In this document: positions 7,482-15,500 of the stretch, one piece after another | How the letters are laid out: the number at the start of each line of letters is the position of its first letter | How positions within the stretch are numbered: the first letter of the stretch is position 1 | DNA from: a virus | Virus genome (UHGV): UHGV-0071294 | Reading direction: 5' to 3' (one strand) | Length of the DNA stretch: 37,551 nucleotides | The notes under the pieces: generated by a model | Database searches by the model: none | Told to the model about the DNA's origin: nothing | The model's input: the letters and a program-made list of their open reading frames with translations, nothing else | Position numbers and translations under genes: made by a program

Positions 7482-7961
7482 ATGGCTGAGATTGTTGAAG
7501 GAGTGCATTACCTTACGGTTGATGATCTTGTTGAAATCAATCGTTCCCTAATTGAATTACAGACGCCAGATGAGCCCGTTGGTGTTCTGAGTCCAGATAG
7601 CTTAAGTTCTTCTCAGGCCCGTCCCAGCATGGTTCGATGGTATGAACAGACTAATGACATGTTTGTACTGGTATCGGTATTGATTGAAAGTCTGATTCAG
7701 AATCATCCGTTTGCTAATGCGAACAAACGAACAGCTATGATGGCTGGTTACGTCTTCTTGTTGTTGAATGGCTATGAGTTAACAGCACCAGGCGATGAAA
7801 TCGTGGAAATGGCAGAGGGACTGGCCTGCAAAACCTATACTCGAGAAGATCTCGAGAACTGGTTGTGTTATTGGTCTCGTGCGTATGACAGCCGGGAATT
7901 ATGTAAAACAGGCGCAACTATTGTTTTGTATGAAACTATCAAGCTTAAAATAGAACAGTAA
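7482..7961 (+). CDS. Fic/Doc-family toxin (death-on-curing-like)
   Basis: Motif HPFANANKRTAMMAGYVFLLLNGY matches the Doc/Fic core HxFx(D/N)(A/G)NKR (P1 Doc HIFNDANKRTA); followed by an intrinsic terminator. Confidence 0.75.
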   Translation: MAEIVEGVHYLTVDDLVEINRSLIELQTPDEPVGVLSPDSLSSSQARPSMVRWYEQTNDMFVLVSVLIESLIQNHPFANANKRTAMMAGYVFLLLNGYELTAPGDEIVEMAEGLACKTYTREDLENWLCYWSRAYDSRELCKTGATIVLYETIKLKIEQ

Positions 7962-7981
7962 AACTAAAGGTGCTTCTAATG

Positions 7982-8006
7982 AAAACCCGCTTCGGCGGGT
8001 TTTTTG
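7982..8006 (+). terminator. Rho-independent terminator
   Basis: Hairpin ACCCGC-TTCG-GCGGGT followed by TTTTTT. Confidence 0.7.
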
Positions 8007-8087
8007 TTGTTTATCTTCGGTGAGCTTGATGCATCTGGTTGTACTGATGTGGCTGTCTGATTTTGTTATTCAGGTGGCTTATTGCTG

Positions 8088-8115
8088 TTGATTGGTATGT
8101 CTTCACGGCTAGAAT
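8088..8115 (+). promoter_or_regulatory. Putative sigma70 promoter (-35 TTGATT, 16-bp spacer, -10 TAGAAT)
   Basis: Close match to consensus, located downstream of the terminator and upstream of the 8197 ORF. Confidence 0.4.
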
Positions 8116-8196
8116 CGAGGCTCTTAAGTAGCGCGCAGGGAGAAGAGGGATGGACCCCGAACAGGGGAGTGCTATTTATCTGGAAGGATTCTGTTG

Positions 8197-8457
8197 ATGA
8201 AAATCGAAGAATTGCGTGAAATTTTTAGTGAAGATGGCCTCTATACTGTGCGCGTTGAGAATGGCGCTATTGTCAGCCACTGCCGTATTAAATGTTTACA
8301 GTCTCAACAAAGGAAGAGTGGGGCTGCGTTAATTTACTTTGTGGATGGACTTGTGACGGATGGTTTTATTTTGCGTGAAAATGAATTTGTCACATCATTG
8401 CAGTCTCTGAAAGAAGCTGAGCTTAAGGCTGGTTTTTCTGCTTTTGAAGATGTGTGA
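8197..8457 (+). CDS. hypothetical protein (86 aa)
   Basis: ATG at 8197 with a GGAAGG RBS; no recognisable motif. Confidence 0.4.
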   Translation: MKIEELREIFSEDGLYTVRVENGAIVSHCRIKCLQSQQRKSGAALIYFVDGLVTDGFILRENEFVTSLQSLKEAELKAGFSAFEDV

Positions 8458-8524
8458 ATTCAACTACAATTTAGCGCAGGGCTGAACCCCCTGTTGAGTA
8501 ACACTGTGCCACCGGAGAAAACCG

Positions 8525-8803
8525 ATGGCGCAAAATTCCAGACTACACAATTCTGATAATTCAGCCGTCTTTGCCAGCAGGCACGGGCGGCGTTCTCATG
8601 CATTCAAATATGACTGGTACCAGCATGACCCATGCACTGAAGAACAGGCCGAATGGCTGATTCAGAACTACCGCAGACGTGGGTATGAGTTTAGGAAAGC
8701 CCTCAGCCTCGATTATCGTCACTGGATAATCTACGTCAGGCTCCCTTACTCCGAACGCCCACCGCGTCCGTCCCGCACATTCCAGCAACGCATCTGGAGG
8801 TAA
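8525..8803 (+). CDS. hypothetical protein (92 aa)
   Basis: RBS GGAGAAAACC before the ATG; no recognisable motif. Confidence 0.4.
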   Translation: MAQNSRLHNSDNSAVFASRHGRRSHAFKYDWYQHDPCTEEQAEWLIQNYRRRGYEFRKALSLDYRHWIIYVRLPYSERPPRPSRTFQQRIWR

Positions 8804-8804
8804 C

Positions 8805-9854
8805 GTGCGGGTATTGCTTCGACCTGTTCCGGTACCGGAACTCGGGCTGGTGGTCTTTAAGCCTGGTCGTGAATCCATGCAGGTATTTCATAACCCTCGA
8901 GTGCTGGTGGAGCCGGAACCGAAAAGCATGCGCGGTCTGCCGTCCGGAGTTGTTCCTGCCGTTCGCCAGCCGCTGGCAGAAGATAAATCATTGCTGCCAT
9001 TTTTCAGCGACGAACGGGTGATTCGTGCTGCCGGCGGCGCTGGTGCACTGTCTGACTGGCTCCTGCGTCATGTTAAATCCTGCCAGTGGTCTCATGGTGA
9101 CTACCATCACAGTGAAACCGTCATACATCGTTACGGTACCGGCGCGATGGTGTTGTGCTGGCACTGCGACAACCAGCTGCGTGACCAGACCTCAGAATCA
9201 CTTGAGCAACTTGCTCAACAAAACCTGACAGCATGGATGATTGACGTCATCCGTCACGCAATAAGCGGTGCGCAGGAGCGTGAATTATCGCTGGCTGAAT
9301 TATCCTGGTGGGCTGTCTGCAATCAGGTGGTGGACGCACTACCGGAGGTAGTATTACGTCGTTCTCTGGGGTTACGTGCGGAAAAAATTCGCTCGGTGTA
9401 CCGCGAAAGCGACATCATACCGGGAGAGCAGACCGCCACCAGCATACTGAAGCAGCGCACAAAAAATCTTGCGCCGTTGCCTCACGCCCACCAGCAACCG
9501 AACCCACCACAGGAAAAGACGGTGGTCAGTATCGCCGTTGATCCGGAGTCTCCTGAATCTTTCATGAAGCGACCTAAACGTCGCCGTTGGGTGAATGAGA
9601 AATACACGCGTTGGGTAAAGACACAGCCGTGTGCGTGTTGTGGTAAGCCAGCAGACGATCCCCATCACCTGATTGGTCATGGTCAGGGCGGGATGGGAAC
9701 AAAATCCCACGATATTTTCACGCTACCGTTGTGTCGGGAGCATCACAACGAGCTTCATGCGGATCCGCTGGCGTTCGAAGAAAAGCATGGTTCCCAGATT
9801 GATTTAATTTTTCGTTTTCTTGATCACGCCTTTGCAACCGGCGTGCTCGGGTAA
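8805..9854 (+). CDS. DUF968/YdfU-like protein with a C-terminal Cys/His cluster (349 aa)
   Basis: C-terminal CACCGKPADDPHHLIGHG...LPLCREHHNELH; size and position (before rusA and Q) recall Qin ydfU; GTG start with a GGAGG RBS. Confidence 0.55.
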   Translation: MRVLLRPVPVPELGLVVFKPGRESMQVFHNPRVLVEPEPKSMRGLPSGVVPAVRQPLAEDKSLLPFFSDERVIRAAGGAGALSDWLLRHVKSCQWSHGDYHHSETVIHRYGTGAMVLCWHCDNQLRDQTSESLEQLAQQNLTAWMIDVIRHAISGAQERELSLAELSWWAVCNQVVDALPEVVLRRSLGLRAEKIRSVYRESDIIPGEQTATSILKQRTKNLAPLPHAHQQPNPPQEKTVVSIAVDPESPESFMKRPKRRRWVNEKYTRWVKTQPCACCGKPADDPHHLIGHGQGGMGTKSHDIFTLPLCREHHNELHADPLAFEEKHGSQIDLIFRFLDHAFATGVLG

Positions 9855-9866
9855 AAGAGGTTACTG

Positions 9867-10241
9867 ATGCGTATAGAGTTTGTTTTGCCTTACCCGCCAA
9901 CGGTGAACACCTACTGGCGACGTCGTGGCAGCACATATTTTGTATCAAAAACCGGTGAGCGTTATCGCCGGGATGTGGCACTTATTGTTCGCCAGCAGCA
10001 ACTGAAATTAAACCTGTCCGGAAGGCTGGCGATAAAGATTATTGCAGAGCCACCGGATAAGCGCCGTCGTGACCTGGACAATATTCTGAAAGCACCACTG
10101 GATGCGCTGACGCATGCGGGACTGCTTATCGACGACGAGCAGTTTGATGAAATCAATATTGTGCGCGGTCAGGTCGTTCCCGGTGGGCGGTTGGGCGTGA
10201 AAATTTACGAAATAATGCATGACGGGCAGGTCAAAAAATGA
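9867..10241 (+). CDS. rusA: Crossover junction endodeoxyribonuclease RusA (Holliday junction resolvase)
   Basis: Segment IKIIAEPPDKRRRDLDNILKAPLDALTHAGLLIDDEQ matches E. coli RusA ([32 protein letters not shown]); lies immediately upstream of Q. Confidence 0.85.
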   Translation: MRIEFVLPYPPTVNTYWRRRGSTYFVSKTGERYRRDVALIVRQQQLKLNLSGRLAIKIIAEPPDKRRRDLDNILKAPLDALTHAGLLIDDEQFDEINIVRGQVVPGGRLGVKIYEIMHDGQVKK

Positions 10242-11059
10242 AGCTGGAAGATTTACCGAAATACTATTCCCCGAAATCGCCTGGCCTGACCGATGCGTCC
10301 GCCTCGACATCAAAAGATGCGCTGAGCATCACTGATGTGATGGCTGCGCAGGGTATGACACAAAACCGGGCTGAGATGGGGTTTTCTGCGTTCCTGGGGA
10401 AAATGGGCATTAGTATGAATGACAGGGCGCGGGCAACAGAATTACTGGCAGATTATGCATTAAGTCAGTGCGATCGCGTGGCGGCGTTAAGAAAGCTTCC
10501 GGCAGAAATAAAACCGGCAGTGATGCACATTATGGCCTCGTATGCCTTTGAGGATTATGCCCGCAGCGCAGCGAGTAAAAAGCGATGCCCTTGTTGCCGA
10601 GGGGAAAAATTTATTGAAAGCGAGGTTTTTACAAACAAGGTCCAGTATCCGGATGGTAAGCCGCCAGTATGGGCAAAGTGTACAAAAGGCGTGTATCCGT
10701 CTTACTGGGAAGAATGGAAAAAAATCCGGGAGGTGGTGAAAGTTTCCTGTCCTGAATGTAAAGGGAAGGGGGAGATTTCGACTGCCTGTAAAGATTGCCG
10801 TGGGCGTGGTGTTGCCATTCATCGTGAAGAATCAGAAAAACGGGGTATGCCTGTTATCAGGGACTGCCGGCGTTGTGGCGGTCGTGGCTATGAAAGATTA
10901 CCGTCAACGGAGGCATTTAATGCCATATGTGGGGTGACAAATCAGATAACACGCGCGTCATGGGAAAAAACGGTTAAGCAATTCTATGACACGCTGGTGG
11001 TTCGGTTTGACATTGAAGAGGCATGGGCGGAGCGACAGTTAAAAAAGGTAACCAGATAA
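10238..11059 (+). CDS. Late-gene antiterminator Q-like protein (zinc-finger-rich)
   Basis: Multiple CxxC pairs (CPCCRG, CPECKGKG, CKDCRGRG, CRRCGGRG); position between rusA and a PR'-like promoter plus terminator. Confidence 0.65.
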   Translation: MKLEDLPKYYSPKSPGLTDASASTSKDALSITDVMAAQGMTQNRAEMGFSAFLGKMGISMNDRARATELLADYALSQCDRVAALRKLPAEIKPAVMHIMASYAFEDYARSAASKKRCPCCRGEKFIESEVFTNKVQYPDGKPPVWAKCTKGVYPSYWEEWKKIREVVKVSCPECKGKGEISTACKDCRGRGVAIHREESEKRGMPVIRDCRRCGGRGYERLPSTEAFNAICGVTNQITRASWEKTVKQFYDTLVVRFDIEEAWAERQLKKVTR

Positions 11060-11064
11060 CAAGG

Positions 11065-11092
11065 TTGATTTTTCCGGAATCTGTGGTAAATT
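11065..11092 (+). promoter_or_regulatory. Putative late promoter PR' (-35 TTGATT, -10 TAAATT)
   Basis: 16-bp spacer; -10 as recalled for lambda pR'; immediately downstream of the Q gene. Confidence 0.4.
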
Positions 11093-11140
11093 CGCCCTAA
11101 CGATGGGCGTTTTGTGCCTGGCGTTAGAAGAATCTTTACA

Positions 11141-11164
11141 GCCCGCCATCGAGCGGGTTTTTTA
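11141..11164 (+). terminator. tR'-like intrinsic terminator
   Basis: Hairpin CCCGC-CATCGA-GCGGG followed by TTTTTT, about 60 nt downstream of the putative PR'. Confidence 0.5.
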
Positions 11165-11285
11165 TGCCTGGAAAATGGTGCAGAACATCAAACGCTCTGG
11201 TGGTTGCAAATACTGGTCTTTCGGCTTGCATTTTTGTAAAGCGATATATACTTATCTTACAATCAGTAATGTCAGGTAAGTTGAT

Positions 11286-12026
11286 ATGAATGAAGCCTGT
11301 TCTGTTGTTTTTGTTCATTCCCCGTTTGTTGTGCTCTTTGAAGGAAAAGAGCTCTCTCTGGAAAGTGGTAGTGCACTTCTTGTCAGGGGGGGAGCTGGAT
11401 CGTTATTGCCCTTTTCGGAATGTTTTCGGCGAATAAGTCTCAGTGAATCAACAATTATCCGTTACCTGTTGTGTGGAGACGAAAAACAGGATGTAGTTTT
11501 AGTCCGGCAAATACCACGATATCTTTGCGTGAGTTTTCCCAAGGCAGAATTGATGGGCATCCTGATTGATTATCTCTGTGAGGAAAAGATTCATACGGAC
11601 AATTTAGCGGAAATGCTTTCCTTTTCGTGTCTGGCGTTTTTCTCATCAGAGAAAATGTTTTCGTCGTTTCTGACCGCGTGTATTGGCAATATTAGTGACA
11701 GGCTTAGTGCATTGTTTCGTACGGACATTGCAGCAAACTGGACTCTGAGAGATGTGTCTTCGCGGTTATGTATCAGTGAAAGTTTGTTAAAAAAAAGACT
11801 GAAAGAAGAAGGCACCTGTTTCAGTGAGTTGTTGCTTACAGAGAGAATGAGAATGGCAGCAATGCTGTTGAATCAATCTCGTTGCGCCATCAACAGAATC
11901 GCTGCTCAGTGCGGCTATAATTTTACATCTTATTTTATCAGCGTATTCAGGAGTTATTTTGGTGTTACACCGGCAGGTTACAGGATGGCTGCATTCAATG
12001 AGATGAGTTCTGGCTCCGCGCAATAA
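11286..12026 (+). CDS. AraC-family transcriptional regulator (cargo gene)
   Basis: C-terminal AraC-type HTH pattern (WTLRDVSSRLCISESLLKKRLK...INRIAAQCGYNFTSYFISVFRSYFGVTPAGYR); AT-rich; sits between Q/tR' and the lysis genes; possible own promoter at 11226-11252. Confidence 0.8.
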   Translation: MNEACSVVFVHSPFVVLFEGKELSLESGSALLVRGGAGSLLPFSECFRRISLSESTIIRYLLCGDEKQDVVLVRQIPRYLCVSFPKAELMGILIDYLCEEKIHTDNLAEMLSFSCLAFFSSEKMFSSFLTACIGNISDRLSALFRTDIAANWTLRDVSSRLCISESLLKKRLKEEGTCFSELLLTERMRMAAMLLNQSRCAINRIAAQCGYNFTSYFISVFRSYFGVTPAGYRMAAFNEMSSGSAQ

Positions 12027-12406
12027 TAACTGAATTTTGCAGTCATTGTATGCAGGCACGTTTTGGGGGCATTATTCTTTGTGTGCCAGGCATCCCTGGC
12101 AGCTCTGGAGAGAGGGTTCCCTGTTCAGTCTGATGGTGGCGAAGGACTGGTGAAGCGCAAGAGCGTAATGTGATTGGTGTGGAACTGGAAGAATAGAGAT
12201 TTAATCAGACTGTAACTGAAATAAAAAATAATCGTTAAATATGCATGTTGTTTTTTATAAAATTCAGAAATAATAAAAATACATGCGTATATTTACGAAT
12301 ATTGACATGATTTTTATTGAAAAGCGAACTGGTATTATTAATATCAGCCTCCAGTTCCGGCGGGGATGTATAGCGTGGTCATTTTTATTTCTCTTGAGGA
12401 ACTAAT

Positions 12407-12482
<76 letters not shown>

Positions 12483-12485
12483 TAT

Positions 12486-12560
<75 letters not shown>

Positions 12561-12924
12561 GATGTAAACTGACAAGGCGAAATTTTGGTACTGTTTTTTG
12601 GCACTGACACATTATATGTGGGATGTTTTCTGACTCCTTACCGCATCCTGTTCCGTAATGAAGGTGATTTGTTATGGTTCCAGTGCTGATTTTTTTACGA
12701 TACCGGAATGGTGCATTATCGGTGGAGATTTTGTATTTCCTGGCAGGGTCGGTGATGCATCATTCCGGTGTTGTAAAATACACCGCAGGGGCGTTCCTCA
12801 GTGCGAGGGTGGTTTAAAGAGTGGGTTTAGCGGGAAACCACGGTATTCATGTAGAAGTGGATACTTCGGGAGGCACCCGACACCTCTGGATACAATCAAA
12901 ACATTGCGTTATTAATGCCATTTA

Positions 12925-12949
12925 CCGCCTCCACCAGGCGGTTTTTTTT
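12925..12949 (+). terminator. Intrinsic terminator
   Basis: Hairpin CCGCCT-CCACC-AGGCGG followed by TTTTTTTT. Confidence 0.6.
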
Positions 12950-13076
12950 ATTCTGAATTCAGTTTTTCCATGGCTCGCTACGGCGGGCTTTTTTTATTTC
13001 CGCGTCACGCCCGGGGCATATCAAATAACACCACACAAAAGATATCTGCGGGTGCCTTTGACGGGGTGTTTTTTAC

Positions 13077-13098
13077 GGGCCGCTGGTGGCCCTTTTTT
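13077..13098 (+). terminator. Intrinsic terminator or attenuator immediately upstream of the holin gene
   Basis: Hairpin GGGCC-GCTGGT-GGCCC followed by TTTTTT, ending 20 nt before the holin start. Confidence 0.55.
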
Positions 13099-13117
13099 AT
13101 TTACAGGAGAAAAACGT

Positions 13118-13510
13118 ATGTCTGAACCCTTATCCGGTTCCGGCACGGCTGCGGCGCTCGGCGGGGCGACGGTATTCGGGCTGTTTACCGGAACGGATTT
13201 CGGGATTGTGTTTGGTGCGTTCGCCGGGGCGTTATTTGTGGCAACGATGCCGCAGGCGCTTTCAGCCTGGCGCGTGGCGGCGCATTTTCTGGTGTCGTTC
13301 ATTATCGGCGTGCTGGGGGCAGAGGTTCTGGCATCCTGGCTGGTAAAGCATACAGAGTTTGACGGTGCACCTGTCGACGCATTGTGTGCAGTACTGGTGT
13401 CAGTGGTGTCGGTGAAGATTCTCTCGTTCATCCACCAGCAGGATATCGCATCGCTGGTGTCAGGACTGTTCTCCCGCCTGCGAGGCGGAGGAGGCGGTAA
13501 TGTTAAGTAA
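13118..13510 (+). CDS. putative holin (multi-pass membrane protein, 130 aa)
   Basis: ATG at 13118 with RBS AGGAGA; several hydrophobic helices; first gene of the lysis cassette upstream of the endolysin. Confidence 0.55.
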   Translation: MSEPLSGSGTAAALGGATVFGLFTGTDFGIVFGAFAGALFVATMPQALSAWRVAAHFLVSFIIGVLGAEVLASWLVKHTEFDGAPVDALCAVLVSVVSVKILSFIHQQDIASLVSGLFSRLRGGGGGNVK

Positions 13511-13775
13511 CCTTCCCGGATTGCTGAATGTGGCGTTATGCACGGTTATCGTGCTGACGCTCTTTTTTTATCGTCGCCGTGATTCCAGACATAAACCACT
13601 GGTGTCATGGCTGGCCTGGCTGCTGATGCTGCTGTATGCCTTTGCGCCCCTCAGCTATCTGTGTGGTCGCCCGTTAGCAACGGGCTGGCTGGAAGTGTTT
13701 TTTAACCTGCTGTTCTGCGTGCTGGTGATACGCGCGCGCGGGAACGTCACAAAAATCTTTCCATTGTTGAGGTGA
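13500..13775 (+). CDS. second holin-like membrane protein, possibly holin/antiholin partner (91 aa)
   Basis: Strong RBS GGAGGAGG; 2-3 hydrophobic helices; lies between the holin and the endolysin. Confidence 0.45.
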   Translation: MLSNLPGLLNVALCTVIVLTLFFYRRRDSRHKPLVSWLAWLLMLLYAFAPLSYLCGRPLATGWLEVFFNLLFCVLVIRARGNVTKIFPLLR

Positions 13776-13777
13776 AT

Positions 13778-14155
13778 ATGTCGGGTAAATTCAGATTTAG
13801 TCGTCGCAGCGAAAAGAATCTGGAGGGCGTTAAACCACAGCTGGTTGCTGTCGTTCGCCGTGCGCTGGAGCTGACGGAGGTTGATTTCGGTATTACGGAA
13901 GGGCTGCGCACGAAAGAACGCCAGAAACAGCTGGTCGCGGAAGGGAAAAGCCAGACCATGAACAGCCGCCACCTGACCGGTGATGCGGTGGATGTTGTTG
14001 CCTGGGTTGGCAGCCAGGTGTCATGGGACTGGCCTCTGTACGAGAAAATCGCACAGGCATTTAAGCAGGCTGCCGCAGAGCTGGGAACTGCCATCGAATG
14101 GGGCGGGGAGTGGAAAACACTGAAAGACGGGCCTCACTTTCAGTTGAAACGATAA
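13778..14155 (+). CDS. Endolysin, peptidase M15 family (L-alanyl-D-glutamate peptidase-like)
   Basis: Motif SRHLTGDAVDV...DGPHFQL fits the zinc-binding H..D...H pattern of M15/VanY-like endolysins; ATG 13778 is chosen over the in-frame GTG at 13772. Confidence 0.7.
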   Translation: MSGKFRFSRRSEKNLEGVKPQLVAVVRRALELTEVDFGITEGLRTKERQKQLVAEGKSQTMNSRHLTGDAVDVVAWVGSQVSWDWPLYEKIAQAFKQAAAELGTAIEWGGEWKTLKDGPHFQLKR

Positions 14156-14165
14156 GCAAAACAAA

Positions 14166-14196
14166 ACCCCGGCTGCTGGAACAGTCCGGGGTTTTT
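14166..14196 (+). terminator. Intrinsic terminator after the endolysin gene
   Basis: Hairpin CCCCGGCTG...CAGTCCGGGG followed by TTTTT. Confidence 0.6.
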
Positions 14197-14287
14197 AGTT
14201 TTCACGTCAAAGAGGAAATTGTGAGTAGTGAGTACGGAGAAAATCCTCGTGGGAAAGTATAAAAGATTCTTTTTGAGGTTGTCTATT

Positions 14288-14401
14288 ATGAAAGGTATTG
14301 AAGTGGAAACTCCCGCGAGCCTTGATTTGACAAGGGCTGCGGCCTTTGCAATTCGCCTTGTGGCGGTCGCTGTTCTGATTTGGGCTGTGCGTTGGTGGTG
14401 A
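14288..14401 (+). CDS. small membrane protein (37 aa, C-terminal hydrophobic segment)
   Basis: Hand-translated MKGIEVETPASLDLTRAAAFAIRLVAVAVLIWAVRWW; its stop lies 1 nt before the next start. Confidence 0.35.
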   Translation: MKGIEVETPASLDLTRAAAFAIRLVAVAVLIWAVRWW

Positions 14402-14402
14402 T

Positions 14403-14585
14403 ATGACGCGAAAACACTGGACACACAGAATGCCGCGAACGGCGGCGAAATGGGCACTGGTAGCGATACTGGTGCCTTTTTTATTGGTGGGATGCGTCAG
14501 CCTGGATAAAGCGCGCCAGCTTTTCGATACTGCTTCTCAGGTCTGTGAAATTGTCGACGGTGTTCGGCAGTGTCTGCAGAACTGA
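14403..14585 (+). CDS. putative lipoprotein (60 aa, lipobox LLVGC)
   Basis: Signal-like segment WALVAILVPFLLVGC followed by a short mature region containing two further cysteines. Confidence 0.45.
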   Translation: MTRKHWTHRMPRTAAKWALVAILVPFLLVGCVSLDKARQLFDTASQVCEIVDGVRQCLQN

Positions 14586-14756
14586 TCGCCTGTAAGAGCA
14601 GAATATTTTGCTGAAAAATGAAGAATGCGTCAGCGTCCGGAAAGCATGAAATTCTGTGTTTGTGGCTACTCAATAAAATAAATTCTTTCTGTCGCCGCGA
14701 ATACTCAAATGTTGATCAGTGCCCGGTGCGGCGACGGGCTTCGATATCAGGAGACG

Positions 14757-15056
14757 ATGATGGAAAAAACAGAAAACAAACCGATTGTAATTGGTGCTGA
14801 TGCTGCTCCGTTTAAGTTTGAGTTGTCTCAACTGGTGGAGATGCGCATCAGTGATGAATGGGGCGAGGTTAAAGCCCGCGCGCAGTATGCGGATGGCGAA
14901 AACCAGTACTTGATCCACTACAAAGCAGCTGATGGTCGCGCCACGACGGAGTGGTTTGGTGAGTCAATGCTGGAAGCAACAGAAGATGATCGTCATCCTG
15001 GTTGTCCGGTATTTGCTGGTATGGAATTACCGGAAGGTGCGGTAGTTACTGAGTAA
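14757..15056 (+). CDS. hypothetical acidic protein (about 99 aa)
   Basis: RBS AGGAGA before ATGATG; no recognisable motif; followed by a hairpin. Confidence 0.45.
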   Translation: MMEKTENKPIVIGADAAPFKFELSQLVEMRISDEWGEVKARAQYADGENQYLIHYKAADGRATTEWFGESMLEATEDDRHPGCPVFAGMELPEGAVVTE

Positions 15057-15500
15057 CAGGCATTACAGCAGCCCTTCAGTGTGAGGGGCTGCGATAATGT
15101 TTTTGGTTTTTGGCTTTTATACCGCCACGGAAAGCAAGAGGGGAAATGTCTGAACCGAATTATGGGGTGATTAGGCATTGCCGTTTCCTGCTGCGATATT
15201 TTTAAGTTATCGGAAGGTAGCTGTGGAGTGTTTGGTCGGAAGGCGTAACAAATTTCCGGGGAAGGGAAAGTATTAGTTTGAAAACTAATGTCCAATTAAA
15301 CTCTAACATGCGTCCCTGTAAACAATAACAAGTAAGCAATCAGAGTCTTTCTAATTTACGGGAGGATACTCCCGTACTTTTTTAAAGGCAACGTGAATTG
15401 CAACGTTTGTGATGTTTACGGGTAAACAGTAACGCTTTTGATATGAATGTTTTTATCTGGTTGCTGTTTTATTCAGTTAATGTTTATAGGGAATCTTTCA

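Noticed and set aside
12658-12915. 85-aa ORF on the + strand between the tRNAs and the holin
   Set aside because: The translation is cysteine/arginine/glycine-rich with no RBS and no protein-like composition; the region is more plausibly non-coding leader ending in a terminator.
12962-12990. Possible third terminator (GGCTCGCTACGGCGGGC followed by a T-run)
   Set aside because: The flanking arms are not complementary enough to form a stable stem; only the T-tract is present.
13778-14585. Embedded or overlapping Rz/Rz1-type spanin genes within or after the endolysin
   Set aside because: No proline-rich lipoprotein ORF is embedded in an upstream membrane-anchored gene; the small pair at 14288-14585 is reported only as a possible non-canonical analogue.
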